DNA of 64,000 bases from a virus. The number at the start of each line of letters is the position of its first letter. Position 1 is the first letter of the stretch. The notes below the pieces were generated by a model that saw only the letters and a list, made by a program, of their open reading frames with translations, searched no databases and had not been told where the DNA came from. The DNA lies in the IMG/VR virus record IMGVR_UViG_3300013132_000041, positions 1 through 64,000 of that record, one strand, 5' to 3'. Shown here piece by piece: positions 47,662-58,538 of this stretch. Position numbers and translations under genes: made by a program.

Positions 47662-50432
47662 TGCCAACAACAAGAATAAAAGAAAAATTATCCACACTGG
47701 TATCAACTCAATTACCAGAACACATAACCTCAGACTATCCTACCTTTAGATTATTTTTAGAAAAATATTATGAATTTTTAGAACAAGATCAAAATGCCCA
47801 AGAATTACTTCAGAATGCTAGATCATATGCCGATATTGATAGAACTATAGATTCCTTTGTTGATTATTTTATTGATTTGTATGCAAAAGGTATACCTAAA
47901 ACTATATTATATGACAAAAGAGCATTTGTAAAACATGCCAGTGATCTGTATAAGCATAAAGGTACAGAAGATGCTTTTAGAATTTTATTTAGAATCTTGT
48001 TTAATGAAGAGATTGATTTTTTCTACCCAAATCAAGTTATATTAAAACCGTCAGATGGCAAATGGAATAAAGATTACGTTCTAAGAGCTAGTGCTATTAC
48101 CGGCAGTCCTTTTGATTTATCCGGAACACAAATCTCAGGCAATTTATCAAATGCTACAGCATTGGTGGAATCAGTTTTAAGTTTTGCTTCTGGGTCTGAT
48201 ACAATCTATGAAATTTATCTTAATTCTGATAGTGTTATTGGTAATTTTATAGGCGGCGAAAATATTATTGGAAGAAAACTTACCAATATTAGCACCCTAG
48301 CCAGTTCTGTTATAACAGCAAATTTATATCCTATTGTATCAAAAATTGATATTGTAGATGGTGGTTTAGGATATGTTTTAAATCAATCTATTTCTATTGA
48401 TAGTGCAAACGGCACCGGTGCTTCAGGTGTTGTAACAAGTGTTACTGATGCAGGCGCAATCAGAGAAATACAATTATCAAGTTATGGCTACAAATATGAT
48501 ACAAAACCTAACGTAACGATTTCATCGCCTACTGCTACAGTAATTGGAACATATAAAATTGTCTCTAATGTGGCAACTATAAGATTATCAAATAATCATA
48601 GTTTATTAGTAGGAAGTAATGCCAATGTTACTTTTACTGCAAACACTTTAAGTGACTTAAATGGTTCCACTAAGACTTTAACAATATCATCTGTACCTAA
48701 TTTAAAAACTGTAGTTATTTCTAATATAGCTCCTTTTAGAACCGGTGTAATAACTGCACAAAATGCTAATACTAGTGGAAATGTTACTTTATCATATACC
48801 ACTAATAAATTTCTGACGGGAAGATTTACTATATCAGATAATTTAGTAAGAACCACATTGGGTATAGAACACGGTTTAAAAACTAATGACAACGTAAACG
48901 TTATTTTCAATAAAACAGATGTTGATTCATATACTGCAGATTTTAAATTAAAAAATTATAATAATGTTACTGTTGGATTTTCTGAAACACATAATTTTGT
49001 GGTCAATGATAAAATAAATGTTACATTTGATTCTAACTATACTAATTCAACAATAGGCACATATGTATTAAAAACATTACCAGGAGCGTCATCAAATACT
49101 GCTAATTTATATTTTAATACTGCCCCTCATTCGTTTTTGACAGGACAAAATGTAAATGTAAAATTTGGTTTAACAATAACTAATGCAGTATCAGGTACAT
49201 TCTTAACTATTGCCAATGTAGGTATAGCATATCTTAATACCCCACATTCGTTTAAAGTTAACGATTCTATTAATGTAAGTTTTACTAGCGCATTGTTGAC
49301 TGATGATATAGATAAGACATTAATAAAGGGTAATGCAAATATAACACTAGGTAGTAATGCATTGGTCGGTAATGATACTACATTTTTATCTAATTTAACC
49401 GTAGGTAATGCTATAACTGTTAATTTGGGTAATTTGTATTATGTAGCTAACATAGCAAGTAATACATTAGTTTACTTAAGCTACAAAGCTAAATCAAGTG
49501 AAACATTTGCAAATGTTTATTTGGCTACTAGTAATCTTAATAGTAATTCCACTATTACTGCAGTAACACTTGTACCCAACAGTAAAAGAATATTTTTTAG
49601 TATTGCTGATAAACCAAATACTTCAGGTGATATAGTTATATCTAATAATTTTACTAATAACTTAGTAAATACTTTTATGACCGCTGTAGTTGTAGGAAAC
49701 GGATATCCCATCTACAACTACATAGATGTAGCTTTACCGTCTGGATTTGCTAATGCTAATAGTAGAGGTGTTGTAACTGTAACTAATCAAGACGTAAGTA
49801 ATATTATAGGAAATACTGCTTCACAGGTCACCGTTTTAGCAATCCCAAATAAAAAATCTATTGTTTTTGAATCTAATATATCATCGAATATAGTAGCGTC
49901 CAATGGAACAGTTATAGTTAATAGTGATTTGCCTGGGGATATAGAAGATTTTTCTAATGTTTTTTCTATTTTATCTGCCCCAAATTTAAGAACAATAACG
50001 TTTGCATCATCTAATGCTAATACTAGAGGTAATGTAACAGTTTTTTATAGTAAAGCAGCAAATCTACAAGCAAATATAGGAGCTTTAGGAATAGGACCAG
50101 GCAGTTGGTTAGACGACTCTGGTAGATTAGATGAATCATTCAAGATACAAGGTAGAATAGGCACAGATGAAAGGGTATATTATCAACCGTTTTCGTATGT
50201 TATAAAATCATCTCAACCACTTTCCGCTTGGAGAGAAGCAGTTAAAAAGTTATTACATCCTGCAGGATTTGAGGTTTTTGGTGAGGTCGTATTAACCACA
50301 ACTATTAACGAAGTTCAAAATGTGACTGCTCAAGCCAAATTTTTCCCAATAAAAATTGTTGGTAATGTTGATTCTAGTTCTACAACAGTATTAGCGGATA
50401 CCTTAGAATATACCGCAGACAATCTAACTTAA
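47661..50432 (+). CDS. gp7: Baseplate wedge initiator gp7-like protein with inserted beta domains
   Basis: QLPE....YP.F..FL..YYEF, Y..KGT......LFR.LF, YYQ.FSYVIKS....W...VKKL.HPAG...FG. Confidence 0.8.
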   Translation: MPTTRIKEKLSTLVSTQLPEHITSDYPTFRLFLEKYYEFLEQDQNAQELLQNARSYADIDRTIDSFVDYFIDLYAKGIPKTILYDKRAFVKHASDLYKHKGTEDAFRILFRILFNEEIDFFYPNQVILKPSDGKWNKDYVLRASAITGSPFDLSGTQISGNLSNATALVESVLSFASGSDTIYEIYLNSDSVIGNFIGGENIIGRKLTNISTLASSVITANLYPIVSKIDIVDGGLGYVLNQSISIDSANGTGASGVVTSVTDAGAIREIQLSSYGYKYDTKPNVTISSPTATVIGTYKIVSNVATIRLSNNHSLLVGSNANVTFTANTLSDLNGSTKTLTISSVPNLKTVVISNIAPFRTGVITAQNANTSGNVTLSYTTNKFLTGRFTISDNLVRTTLGIEHGLKTNDNVNVIFNKTDVDSYTADFKLKNYNNVTVGFSETHNFVVNDKINVTFDSNYTNSTIGTYVLKTLPGASSNTANLYFNTAPHSFLTGQNVNVKFGLTITNAVSGTFLTIANVGIAYLNTPHSFKVNDSINVSFTSALLTDDIDKTLIKGNANITLGSNALVGNDTTFLSNLTVGNAITVNLGNLYYVANIASNTLVYLSYKAKSSETFANVYLATSNLNSNSTITAVTLVPNSKRIFFSIADKPNTSGDIVISNNFTNNLVNTFMTAVVVGNGYPIYNYIDVALPSGFANANSRGVVTVTNQDVSNIIGNTASQVTVLAIPNKKSIVFESNISSNIVASNGTVIVNSDLPGDIEDFSNVFSILSAPNLRTITFASSNANTRGNVTVFYSKAANLQANIGALGIGPGSWLDDSGRLDESFKIQGRIGTDERVYYQPFSYVIKSSQPLSAWREAVKKLLHPAGFEVFGEVVLTTTINEVQNVTAQAKFFPIKIVGNVDSSSTTVLADTLEYTADNLT

Positions 50433-50435
50433 CTA

Positions 50436-50443
50436 TATAAATA
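50436..50443 (+). promoter_or_regulatory. T4 late promoter TATAAATA
   Basis: Exact consensus between gp7 and gp8. Confidence 0.7.
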
Positions 50444-50464
50444 ATTTGATAACAGAATAAAAAA

Positions 50465-51823
50465 ATGCCAGCAATAATTACTCAAAATCTAAGATTTCAT
50501 AATTCTGAGCAGTTTTATGAAGCGTTTACTGAACCAGCTAACACTTTGATTTATGTGTTCATAGCTAAATCTAGCCCATGGAACGATAATCTTGATACTG
50601 TTGGGGTAGTCGCTAATAGAGTCGATAGTCCAGAATTGACCTATAAGTTATATGATGAAATGATAGCAATGAAACGTGTCTTATCTACGGATGTAGAATA
50701 TGTTGTACCTCGATACGATTGGGTATCTGGTACTGTTTATAATTATTATGATCATACGTCTAATACTCTTTTTAATAATGAAATTACAACTAGAGTAGGA
50801 ATAGCAGGGGCAGTACAACAAACTCTACAGCCTTTTTATGTTTTAGATACAACTACATTTAATGTTTATAAGTGTTTAGCTAATAGTAAGGGAGCACCAT
50901 CTACTGTAAGACCTGCAGGTTCCTCCGCTAATGTCATTACTATGGGTGACGGATATCAATGGAAGTATATGTACAATATTCCTGCAGGTAAAAGAAGTAG
51001 ATTTTTGAATAGTGATTTTATGTATGTTACAGATAATAATTATTCTGCTAATATAGATGGTGCGTTGGATATAGTTGTAGTTACTAATACTGGATCAGGG
51101 TATACAAGTGCGCCCAATGTTACTATTTCTGGGGATGGAGTTGGAGCTACAGCCAATGTAACCTTATCGGGAAATACTGTAGCTAATGTCAATATAGTAT
51201 CCAGAGGTAGCGGATATAGATATGCAAATGTTTCTTTTTCTGGAGGTGGTGGTTCCAATGCCTCAGCTAGAGTAATTATTGGGCCGAAAGGTGGGCATGC
51301 CGCGAATGCAAGATTAGAATTAGGTGGATTCTTTTTAATTCTAGCCCCACAATTAATAAATGAGGAAAGTGGAATTTTTCCTGTTGATAATGACTTTAGA
51401 GTGCTAGGATTAATAAAGGATCCGCTTGAATATGGTACTATTACTGTAGCGTCGGGTAGTACTTATTCTTTGAGAAAAAATTTATATCTAGCTAATGTAA
51501 CAGGCGCATTTTCTTTGGATGAATTTTTAGCAGGTAGTAATTCAAAAGCAAATGCTATAGTTACATCAATCTCCGCAGATGCAGGAAATGCCAAAGCTAA
51601 TGTGAAATATTATCAAGCATCTGGTGCTACCGCCAACGCAAATTCTTTTTCGGTTGGGGATACGGTAACAGGGTTAAGTTCAGGTGCCGCTGGCAATTTA
51701 TTGTCAATAACAAATGAAGATATTGAACCAGATTCGGGTCAAATTTTATATGTAGATTCTTTTAGACCTATACAAAGAGCTATAGATCAAACAGAAAGTT
51801 TACAATTAGTAATAGAATTTTAA
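50465..51823 (+). CDS. gp8: Baseplate wedge gp8
   Basis: VVPRYDW.SGTVY..Y, VYKCL.N..GAPSTV.P, DGY.WKYMY, GGH......ELG, SG..LY.....PI.R..DQTE....VIEF. Confidence 0.88.
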   Translation: MPAIITQNLRFHNSEQFYEAFTEPANTLIYVFIAKSSPWNDNLDTVGVVANRVDSPELTYKLYDEMIAMKRVLSTDVEYVVPRYDWVSGTVYNYYDHTSNTLFNNEITTRVGIAGAVQQTLQPFYVLDTTTFNVYKCLANSKGAPSTVRPAGSSANVITMGDGYQWKYMYNIPAGKRSRFLNSDFMYVTDNNYSANIDGALDIVVVTNTGSGYTSAPNVTISGDGVGATANVTLSGNTVANVNIVSRGSGYRYANVSFSGGGGSNASARVIIGPKGGHAANARLELGGFFLILAPQLINEESGIFPVDNDFRVLGLIKDPLEYGTITVASGSTYSLRKNLYLANVTGAFSLDEFLAGSNSKANAIVTSISADAGNAKANVKYYQASGATANANSFSVGDTVTGLSSGAAGNLLSITNEDIEPDSGQILYVDSFRPIQRAIDQTESLQLVIEF

Positions 51824-51832
51824 AGGTAACTC

Positions 51833-54800
51833 ATGTACGTTAGTAGCCAAAGTCCTTTTTACGACGATTTTAATGAATCCAAAAAGTTTTATAGAATCTT
51901 ATTTCGTCCGGGTAGAGCAGTTCAAGCTAGAGAACTGACACAATTACAATCTATTTTACAAAAACAGATTGAAAGATTTGGCTCTCATATCTTTAAAGAG
52001 GGATCAATTGTTATACCTGGTTCCCAATTTTATGAAACTAATTATAACTACGTAAAATTGCAGGCAACGTATAATTCTATCGATGCTGATAATGTTATAG
52101 ATGATTTGGTGGGAGAAATAATTGTAGGTCAAACTAACAACGTACGAGCAAGGGTAGTTAAAGTAATTACGTCCGAAGGTATTGATCCTCCCACACTTTA
52201 TGTAAAATATTTAAATTCAGGAACCAATGGTACTACTTATTTGTTTGAAGATAATGAAATTTTACAACAAGATACCGTTGGATCACCTATAAATGTTAGA
52301 GCTATTTCTGCAAATGCTACAGGTATAGGGTCTGCTTTTAGTATTAAAAGCGGTGTAATATTTGTAAAAGGTATATTTGCATATTTTGAAGACTCAACGT
52401 TGGTAGTTAGCAAATACTCAAAACAAACTTCAGATAAAAGAATAGGATTTTTGATTACTGAGGAAGTAATAGACGACCAAGATGATTCATCGTTACTTGA
52501 TCCGGCAGTCGGAACAGCAAATTATTTTGCTCCAGGCGCAGAAAGATATAAATTAGATCTAACACTTGAAGCCAGAGGTATTTCTTTTGATTCCGCTGTT
52601 GATGATACTAACTTTATAGAATTGCTAAGATTACAAAATAATGAAATAGTTTTTCAAAAGCCTAAGGTTGAATATAATATTTTAGCTGACGAACTAGCTA
52701 GAAGAACATATGATGAGTCTGGAGATTATTCCGTAATTCCGCATAAAATAGATTTACTAGAACATCTTAGAACATCTAATAATAGATTAGACGGATACTT
52801 GACAGTTAGTCAAGGAGGCGATGATAGTAAGTATGTAGTAAAAGTCATGCCAGGAAAATCCTATATCAAAGGATATGAAATAGAAACTTTAACCAACAAA
52901 TATATTGTTGGTAATAAAGCTAGAAATTTTGCTAACGTAAATTCTGGAACCGTATCTGTTGAAGTGGGAAATTATGTAAATATTACCGATGTGCATAGTT
53001 TGCCGGACGTATTGACTTTAAGTAAAGTAAATTTATATAATAAATTTGTGACAGGCAAAGGGGCGACCCCATCAAACGCAGTTCTTGTGGGTAATGCAAG
53101 AGTAAGGGCCTTTGAATATTCTTCGGGTACCGTGGCCAATAGTACAACCGGGGTTTATTCTTTGTATCTTTTTGATGTTAGTATGGTTACTGGGTATAAA
53201 TTTGAAAATGATGTAAAATCTTTTTATTATGATAATTCAGGTTTTGAGGATTTTACAGCAAATATTGTTCCTACACGTGTATCTATAACAGGTTCTGCTA
53301 CAACAACTAATAGTAGTAATGTTATAACAGGTTCAGGTACTCTTTTTAATTCGGAATTGGTTGCCAACGCTTATGTTAGTATAGGAAATCAATTATTTCA
53401 AGTTGCAAGTATAAGTAATAATATTTCATTTTTTGCTACAACTAATGCTAATTCTAGTGTAACAGGCGAAACAATCTATATCAATAAAGCAACTATAAAT
53501 TCCAATGATAAACAAAGTTATGTATTCGAAACACCATATAAGTACATAAAAACTATTGATCCTGATGAAACAGAAACAACTTATACTGCAAGAAGAATAG
53601 TTGATACTAACTTATCGAGCGGTAATATTACTCTAACTGCTAGAACTAATGAGACATTCTCACCATATTCTGTAGATAATTATAAAATTTTAATTAAACA
53701 GTACGGTAGATATGAGGATTTAACAGGTAAAGTTACAAGAGGTGGAACTCCTACAGGTAGAACTTTAACTATTCAATTAGGTGCTAATACAAATATTACA
53801 ACAGATGCAGTGAGAATTTTTGCTACAGTTAATAAAACTAATTCTGCTGCATTGGAAAAGAATAAAACTTTACAAACTAATTCTACAATAGATTATACAG
53901 ATGCTAATACTGCAGCTGCTGCTATAGTATCATTAGGAAAAGCAGATGTATATAAATTGGTATCCGTTAGTATGTCAAGTACTGCATTTGGGACAAGTTA
54001 TAGTTCAACTAATGCGACAGATATAACTAATAGATATTCATTTGATAACGGTCAAAGATTACAATTTTACGATGTCGGTAGAATCACACTTAAACCAAAT
54101 CAAGCTAAACCCACTGGTCCTATAAGAATAACTTTTGATTATTTTACTCATAGTACCACCGGCGATTATTTTAGTGTTGACTCTTACACTGATATAGAAT
54201 ATAAAGATATACCTGCGGTAAATTTAAATGGAAAAACCTATAATCTAAGAGATTGCTTAGATTTTAGGCCTAGAATAGGTGACGATTCTACATTTTCTGC
54301 AACAAGCTCAGTTATAAACGAGTTTTTAGATCAAGAAACTGATTTTCAAACAGACTACCAATATTATTTACCTAAAACAGATAAATTGGTGTTGGATCGT
54401 TCCGGTAATATTTTTATAGTTTCAGGTATAAGTAGTAATAATCCAAAAGAGCCAAGTACACCTGAAAATGCAATGGCATTGTACGTGTTCCGTCAATCCC
54501 CTTACGTAAGAAATGTAGAAATTGATGTCAATGTCACTGAGATTGATAATAGAAGATTTACAATGCGAGACATTGGTCGTATTGAATCTAGAGTTAAAAA
54601 TTTAGAATATTACACGTCGTTAAATTTGCTAGAAACACAAACAGCAACGTTACAAATACAAGATTCTTTGGGCTTTGATAGATTTAAAAACGGTTTTGTT
54701 GTAGATAATTTTTCTGGGCATGGAATAGGAGATGTATCTAATCCCGATTATAAGGTGTCTATAGATTACAATAAAAAAGAAATAAGACCTCTAGTTAATC

Positions 54801-56458
54801 AAATTTTCAAACCTTTATACGAGGTAAATTTATATTCTACGCCCGATACTATAACAAACAGAACAGCAAATAATTATTCTGTAGTAAACAAACTCATTTT
54901 GCCGAAATATACACACGAGGCGTTAGTTTCTAGCACAAGTGCAACTAGAACTGAATTTGTAAATCCTTTTAATATTACAACATTTAGAGGCATTTTGACT
55001 CTAAATCCTTCATCAGATTCTTGGCACGATGAATTATTGTTACCTATTCTTAATGAAAATAATAATGGTAATTATGATTCTTTGACTAGTATTTCTCAAA
55101 TACAAAGAAAATACGAATCTATATATGGTAATTGGAGAGATATATGGTATGGTAATGAAAGAACCAGTGATAAAGATACAGGTGATGGGGCATTAAGAAA
55201 AACTTCTACAATTCGTACATCTGATCTTATTTTAAATAGTACCGGTAATAGATATGAGATTATGGAAACCTTGGATACAACTGTTACTGATGAAAAAGTT
55301 ATATCCAGAGTAGTTATACCATTGATGCGAGATAAGGAAATACATTTTACACTAAAAGGTATGAAACCCAATACAAAATTATATGCCTTTTTTGATGATA
55401 TAAATGTTACTAATTTTACATGTATAAGTTATCAAAGAGCAAATGTAATTGCTACACTAACAGGTGAAACTGCAGACGAGGTTATTAGAAATAGAAATCT
55501 AATTACTGATCAATATGGAGATTTAGAGGGCGTATTTAGTTATTCTGCTTCACAATTTAAAGTATCGGCAGGTAGTAAAAAATTAAGATTTAGTGATTCT
55601 GTTAATAATAGTACAGATCAAACTACATTTGCTGAGGCAGTATTTTCTTCTAATGGACAGTTAACATTTAAAGAGAAAATTATTTCTACTCAACCTGTGA
55701 ATGTAAACACTGCTTCTTCCAATCCGAATACCTCAGGCACATACCCACCATCTACCGTGGGTCCGTTGGGATTTTCCTCAGTCACACCTGGCGGCGAGGT
55801 AATTAAACCTGTTACTAATTTTGGATTATTAGTTGCTGGAGGGCCGTCAATAGGCGCATATAATACAGAGAAAAATCAAGAAATTTTTGCAGATAAACTA
55901 GAGGAACAGGGATTCGTTGCTGCAGATATTGTAAATTTAACTTCGGATGTAGGTTTGGCGGGCGCATACGATGCAGCTGATACTTTTCCAACAAGTACTA
56001 ATCAATTCGATTATAAAGAATTTTTTGATGAAGCTTCAACAAGCACAGGTGCTATTAGTTCTGCTATTACTTCTGCAGGTGCGTCTGGAGATAAAGTAAT
56101 AGATCATTTCTCTGCAGCTTATGAAACAGCGAAATCTATGATAGGCGATGCAGCATATGCAGTATCAGCGTGGAATTGTGTGAGTGATGCGATTAAAAAT
56201 AACCCCGGAGCAACTATTGATCAATTAGCAGATAAATATGGTTTTCCTGGTTGGAAGGGCAATCCTTTCGTAGAGGCCGTGTATTCTGTAGAAACTGATT
56301 CAGCTTTAAAAGCAGCCACAGGATTAAATGATCAATATCATGATACCGGAGATTATAAATTACATTTAAGTGCATCTTTAGTTGCAGGAAAAATGACTAT
56401 GGGAACTATTCGTGCTCAAGATAATGATTTTATTTTGAATTCTATAAGTGGTAATTAG
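51833..56458 (+). CDS. Large virion structural protein, VrlC/DUF4815-like (N-terminal part)
   Basis: PFYDDF...K.FYRILFRPG.AVQARELTQLQS, APGA.R.K, LARRTYDESGDY, TMRDIG..E.R..NLEYYTSL.LLE, DRFKNGF.VD.F. Confidence 0.8.
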   Translation: MYVSSQSPFYDDFNESKKFYRILFRPGRAVQARELTQLQSILQKQIERFGSHIFKEGSIVIPGSQFYETNYNYVKLQATYNSIDADNVIDDLVGEIIVGQTNNVRARVVKVITSEGIDPPTLYVKYLNSGTNGTTYLFEDNEILQQDTVGSPINVRAISANATGIGSAFSIKSGVIFVKGIFAYFEDSTLVVSKYSKQTSDKRIGFLITEEVIDDQDDSSLLDPAVGTANYFAPGAERYKLDLTLEARGISFDSAVDDTNFIELLRLQNNEIVFQKPKVEYNILADELARRTYDESGDYSVIPHKIDLLEHLRTSNNRLDGYLTVSQGGDDSKYVVKVMPGKSYIKGYEIETLTNKYIVGNKARNFANVNSGTVSVEVGNYVNITDVHSLPDVLTLSKVNLYNKFVTGKGATPSNAVLVGNARVRAFEYSSGTVANSTTGVYSLYLFDVSMVTGYKFENDVKSFYYDNSGFEDFTANIVPTRVSITGSATTTNSSNVITGSGTLFNSELVANAYVSIGNQLFQVASISNNISFFATTNANSSVTGETIYINKATINSNDKQSYVFETPYKYIKTIDPDETETTYTARRIVDTNLSSGNITLTARTNETFSPYSVDNYKILIKQYGRYEDLTGKVTRGGTPTGRTLTIQLGANTNITTDAVRIFATVNKTNSAALEKNKTLQTNSTIDYTDANTAAAAIVSLGKADVYKLVSVSMSSTAFGTSYSSTNATDITNRYSFDNGQRLQFYDVGRITLKPNQAKPTGPIRITFDYFTHSTTGDYFSVDSYTDIEYKDIPAVNLNGKTYNLRDCLDFRPRIGDDSTFSATSSVINEFLDQETDFQTDYQYYLPKTDKLVLDRSGNIFIVSGISSNNPKEPSTPENAMALYVFRQSPYVRNVEIDVNVTEIDNRRFTMRDIGRIESRVKNLEYYTSLNLLETQTATLQIQDSLGFDRFKNGFVVDNFSGHGIGDVSNPDYKVSIDYNKKEIRPLVNQIFKPLYEVNLYSTPDTITNRTANNYSVVNKLILPKYTHEALVSSTSATRTEFVNPFNITTFRGILTLNPSSDSWHDELLLPILNENNNGNYDSLTSISQIQRKYESIYGNWRDIWYGNERTSDKDTGDGALRKTSTIRTSDLILNSTGNRYEIMETLDTTVTDEKVISRVVIPLMRDKEIHFTLKGMKPNTKLYAFFDDINVTNFTCISYQRANVIATLTGETADEVIRNRNLITDQYGDLEGVFSYSASQFKVSAGSKKLRFSDSVNNSTDQTTFAEAVFSSNGQLTFKEKIISTQPVNVNTASSNPNTSGTYPPSTVGPLGFSSVTPGGEVIKPVTNFGLLVAGGPSIGAYNTEKNQEIFADKLEEQGFVAADIVNLTSDVGLAGAYDAADTFPTSTNQFDYKEFFDEASTSTGAISSAITSAGASGDKVIDHFSAAYETAKSMIGDAAYAVSAWNCVSDAIKNNPGATIDQLADKYGFPGWKGNPFVEAVYSVETDSALKAATGLNDQYHDTGDYKLHLSASLVAGKMTMGTIRAQDNDFILNSISGN

Positions 56459-56475
56459 TATAGACAAGGACAGCA

Positions 56476-58326
56476 ATGACAACATCTAGTAGATTAATAA
56501 GCAGTAGTATTTTAAGTGAGGGCTCTACTTTAACTTATTTGGATCCTTTGGCTCAGTCTTTTTTAGTTACCGAGCCTAGTATTTTAACTAAAGTGGACCT
56601 ATATTTTTCTAATAAAGATGATGTATTACCTGTTAAAATTGATATTAGAAAAATGATTAATGGGTCTCCTAGCACAATTATAGTACCATTTTCAGAAAAA
56701 AATATTGCCGCGGCTAATATTTTGACAAGTGCTAATTCTTTAGTTGCTACTTCAGTGGAATTCAATGACCCAGTATTTGTAGAAGCTGGAGAATATTGTC
56801 TAACTTTATTTTCAGATTCAAATAAAACTAAAGTATGGATAGCACAACTAGCAGAAACAGATGTAGCAACTGGCATAGTTGTGCAAAAACAACCAACTTT
56901 AGGCGTTTTATTTAAAAGTCAAAATGGTTCAACTTGGACACCTGATCAATTACAAGATTTAAAATTTACTTTATATAGAGCAAAATTTACTCCTGGCCAA
57001 ACATCTACAGTTGAATTTTATCCTGGTTCAATTTCACATCTTCAAGTTTTACCGTATGATCCACTTGAAATTTATCCTAACAGAACTACGTTAAAAGTAT
57101 ACCATCCAAATCATGGATTATCAGACGGATCTAAAACATTAATTAGCCAAATTTATCCAGCTAATCTTATGTCTACTGTTACTTATTATGGTTTATTTCC
57201 TAATAATATAACAGGTTTCGTTCAAACGGTAAGTAATGTCACTCCTGATTCTTACACCGTAAACATGTCAGGGGTTCCTAACTCTTCTATTACGGGAATA
57301 ACGAGATTCGGAGGCAAAGCAATAACAGCTTTTTCGGATTTCAAATTTACTGATTTTTTCCCAGCCATTTCTATTCTTAAAAATTCTGATTCTACAGTTA
57401 CTCATTCTGTTAAACTGACTTCTTTAGATTATTCTGAAGACAATTCTTTTACTGTCGCTACACCAAACAAAGATAATAATCTAGATGCAGCAAAAGTATT
57501 ACCTTCTGAAACCAATAGGTTCGTTAGTATGGGGAACGCTAAAGCTTTAACATATAAAATAGAAATCATAACTAATGAGGAATACAATGCTCCTATTATT
57601 GATACTGAAAAAATAGGCTTAGTTTTATTCAATAACAAAATAAATAATCCTACCTTTGAAACTGAACATAAGGTGGATGCTGAAATACGGCTTATAACTT
57701 CTGGTTGTACAACTAGTTTTACTAATTTAACTACAAACACTGGCACTGTAGATTTGTCAAATACAAACGCAAGAGCAAATGCAGTTAGTATCGCTAAAGG
57801 AACAACTTTAAGAATATTGGGGGCGAATAATTCGGGGAATGTTAGAGTATTAGAAATTTTAAATAATGGTGCTAATATTTTAGTAAATGGTACTATTACT
57901 ACTGAAGCTGCTAATGGTTCGGCATCAAGTAATGTAATAGTATTAAGTGGATCCAAATTTATATCTGAAGAAGCAGCATCTGGCGGATCTGCTATGTCTC
58001 GTTATATTACTAGACCTCTTAATTTTATAAATCCTAGTACGGCTTTTAAGTTTTTCTTAGATGTATCTAAACCTGTAGATACAAATTTAAAATTCTATTA
58101 TAGAACAAGTTTAGTAGGTGAAACATCCACATTATCAGAAAAAGAATTTACCGAAATTACAAGTGTATCCATGGCCAATTCTTTGGGTGGAGAATTTTAT
58201 GAGATAGAAAAGTTAATAGATAATTTAGAAAGTTTTGACGGGTTACAATTCAAGATAGTATTTCTTTCTGATGATATGACTAAAGTACCTAAATGTAGAA
58301 ATCTTAGATTAGTAGCAATAGCATGA
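56476..58326 (+). CDS. Virion structural protein, continuation of the VrlC-like protein
   Basis: DPLAQSF.V, G.LFKSQNGSTWTPDQ.QDLKF.LYRA.F, P....LR.VA.A. Confidence 0.75.
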   Translation: MTTSSRLISSSILSEGSTLTYLDPLAQSFLVTEPSILTKVDLYFSNKDDVLPVKIDIRKMINGSPSTIIVPFSEKNIAAANILTSANSLVATSVEFNDPVFVEAGEYCLTLFSDSNKTKVWIAQLAETDVATGIVVQKQPTLGVLFKSQNGSTWTPDQLQDLKFTLYRAKFTPGQTSTVEFYPGSISHLQVLPYDPLEIYPNRTTLKVYHPNHGLSDGSKTLISQIYPANLMSTVTYYGLFPNNITGFVQTVSNVTPDSYTVNMSGVPNSSITGITRFGGKAITAFSDFKFTDFFPAISILKNSDSTVTHSVKLTSLDYSEDNSFTVATPNKDNNLDAAKVLPSETNRFVSMGNAKALTYKIEIITNEEYNAPIIDTEKIGLVLFNNKINNPTFETEHKVDAEIRLITSGCTTSFTNLTTNTGTVDLSNTNARANAVSIAKGTTLRILGANNSGNVRVLEILNNGANILVNGTITTEAANGSASSNVIVLSGSKFISEEAASGGSAMSRYITRPLNFINPSTAFKFFLDVSKPVDTNLKFYYRTSLVGETSTLSEKEFTEITSVSMANSLGGEFYEIEKLIDNLESFDGLQFKIVFLSDDMTKVPKCRNLRLVAIA

Positions 58327-58535
58327 AATATTTAGTAAAAGATCATCCGGGGTTGATAAGAGACCCTAATTCTAAAGCTATTATAAACGAAAATCAAAAA
58401 GCATATGAGAAATATTTAAAAGAAAAACAACTAAGAGATAAAAATATCTATTTTGAAAATGAAATAAATAATATGAAATCTGATATTTCTGAGATAAAAT
58501 ATATCTTACGTGAGTTATTAAACAAACAGGCGTAA
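58323..58535 (+). CDS. Conserved small coiled-coil phage protein
   Basis: V..HP.L.RD..S.AIIN.....Y..Y...IK..L..L. Confidence 0.7.
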   Translation: MKYLVKDHPGLIRDPNSKAIINENQKAYEKYLKEKQLRDKNIYFENEINNMKSDISEIKYILRELLNKQA

Positions 58536-58538
58536 TAA

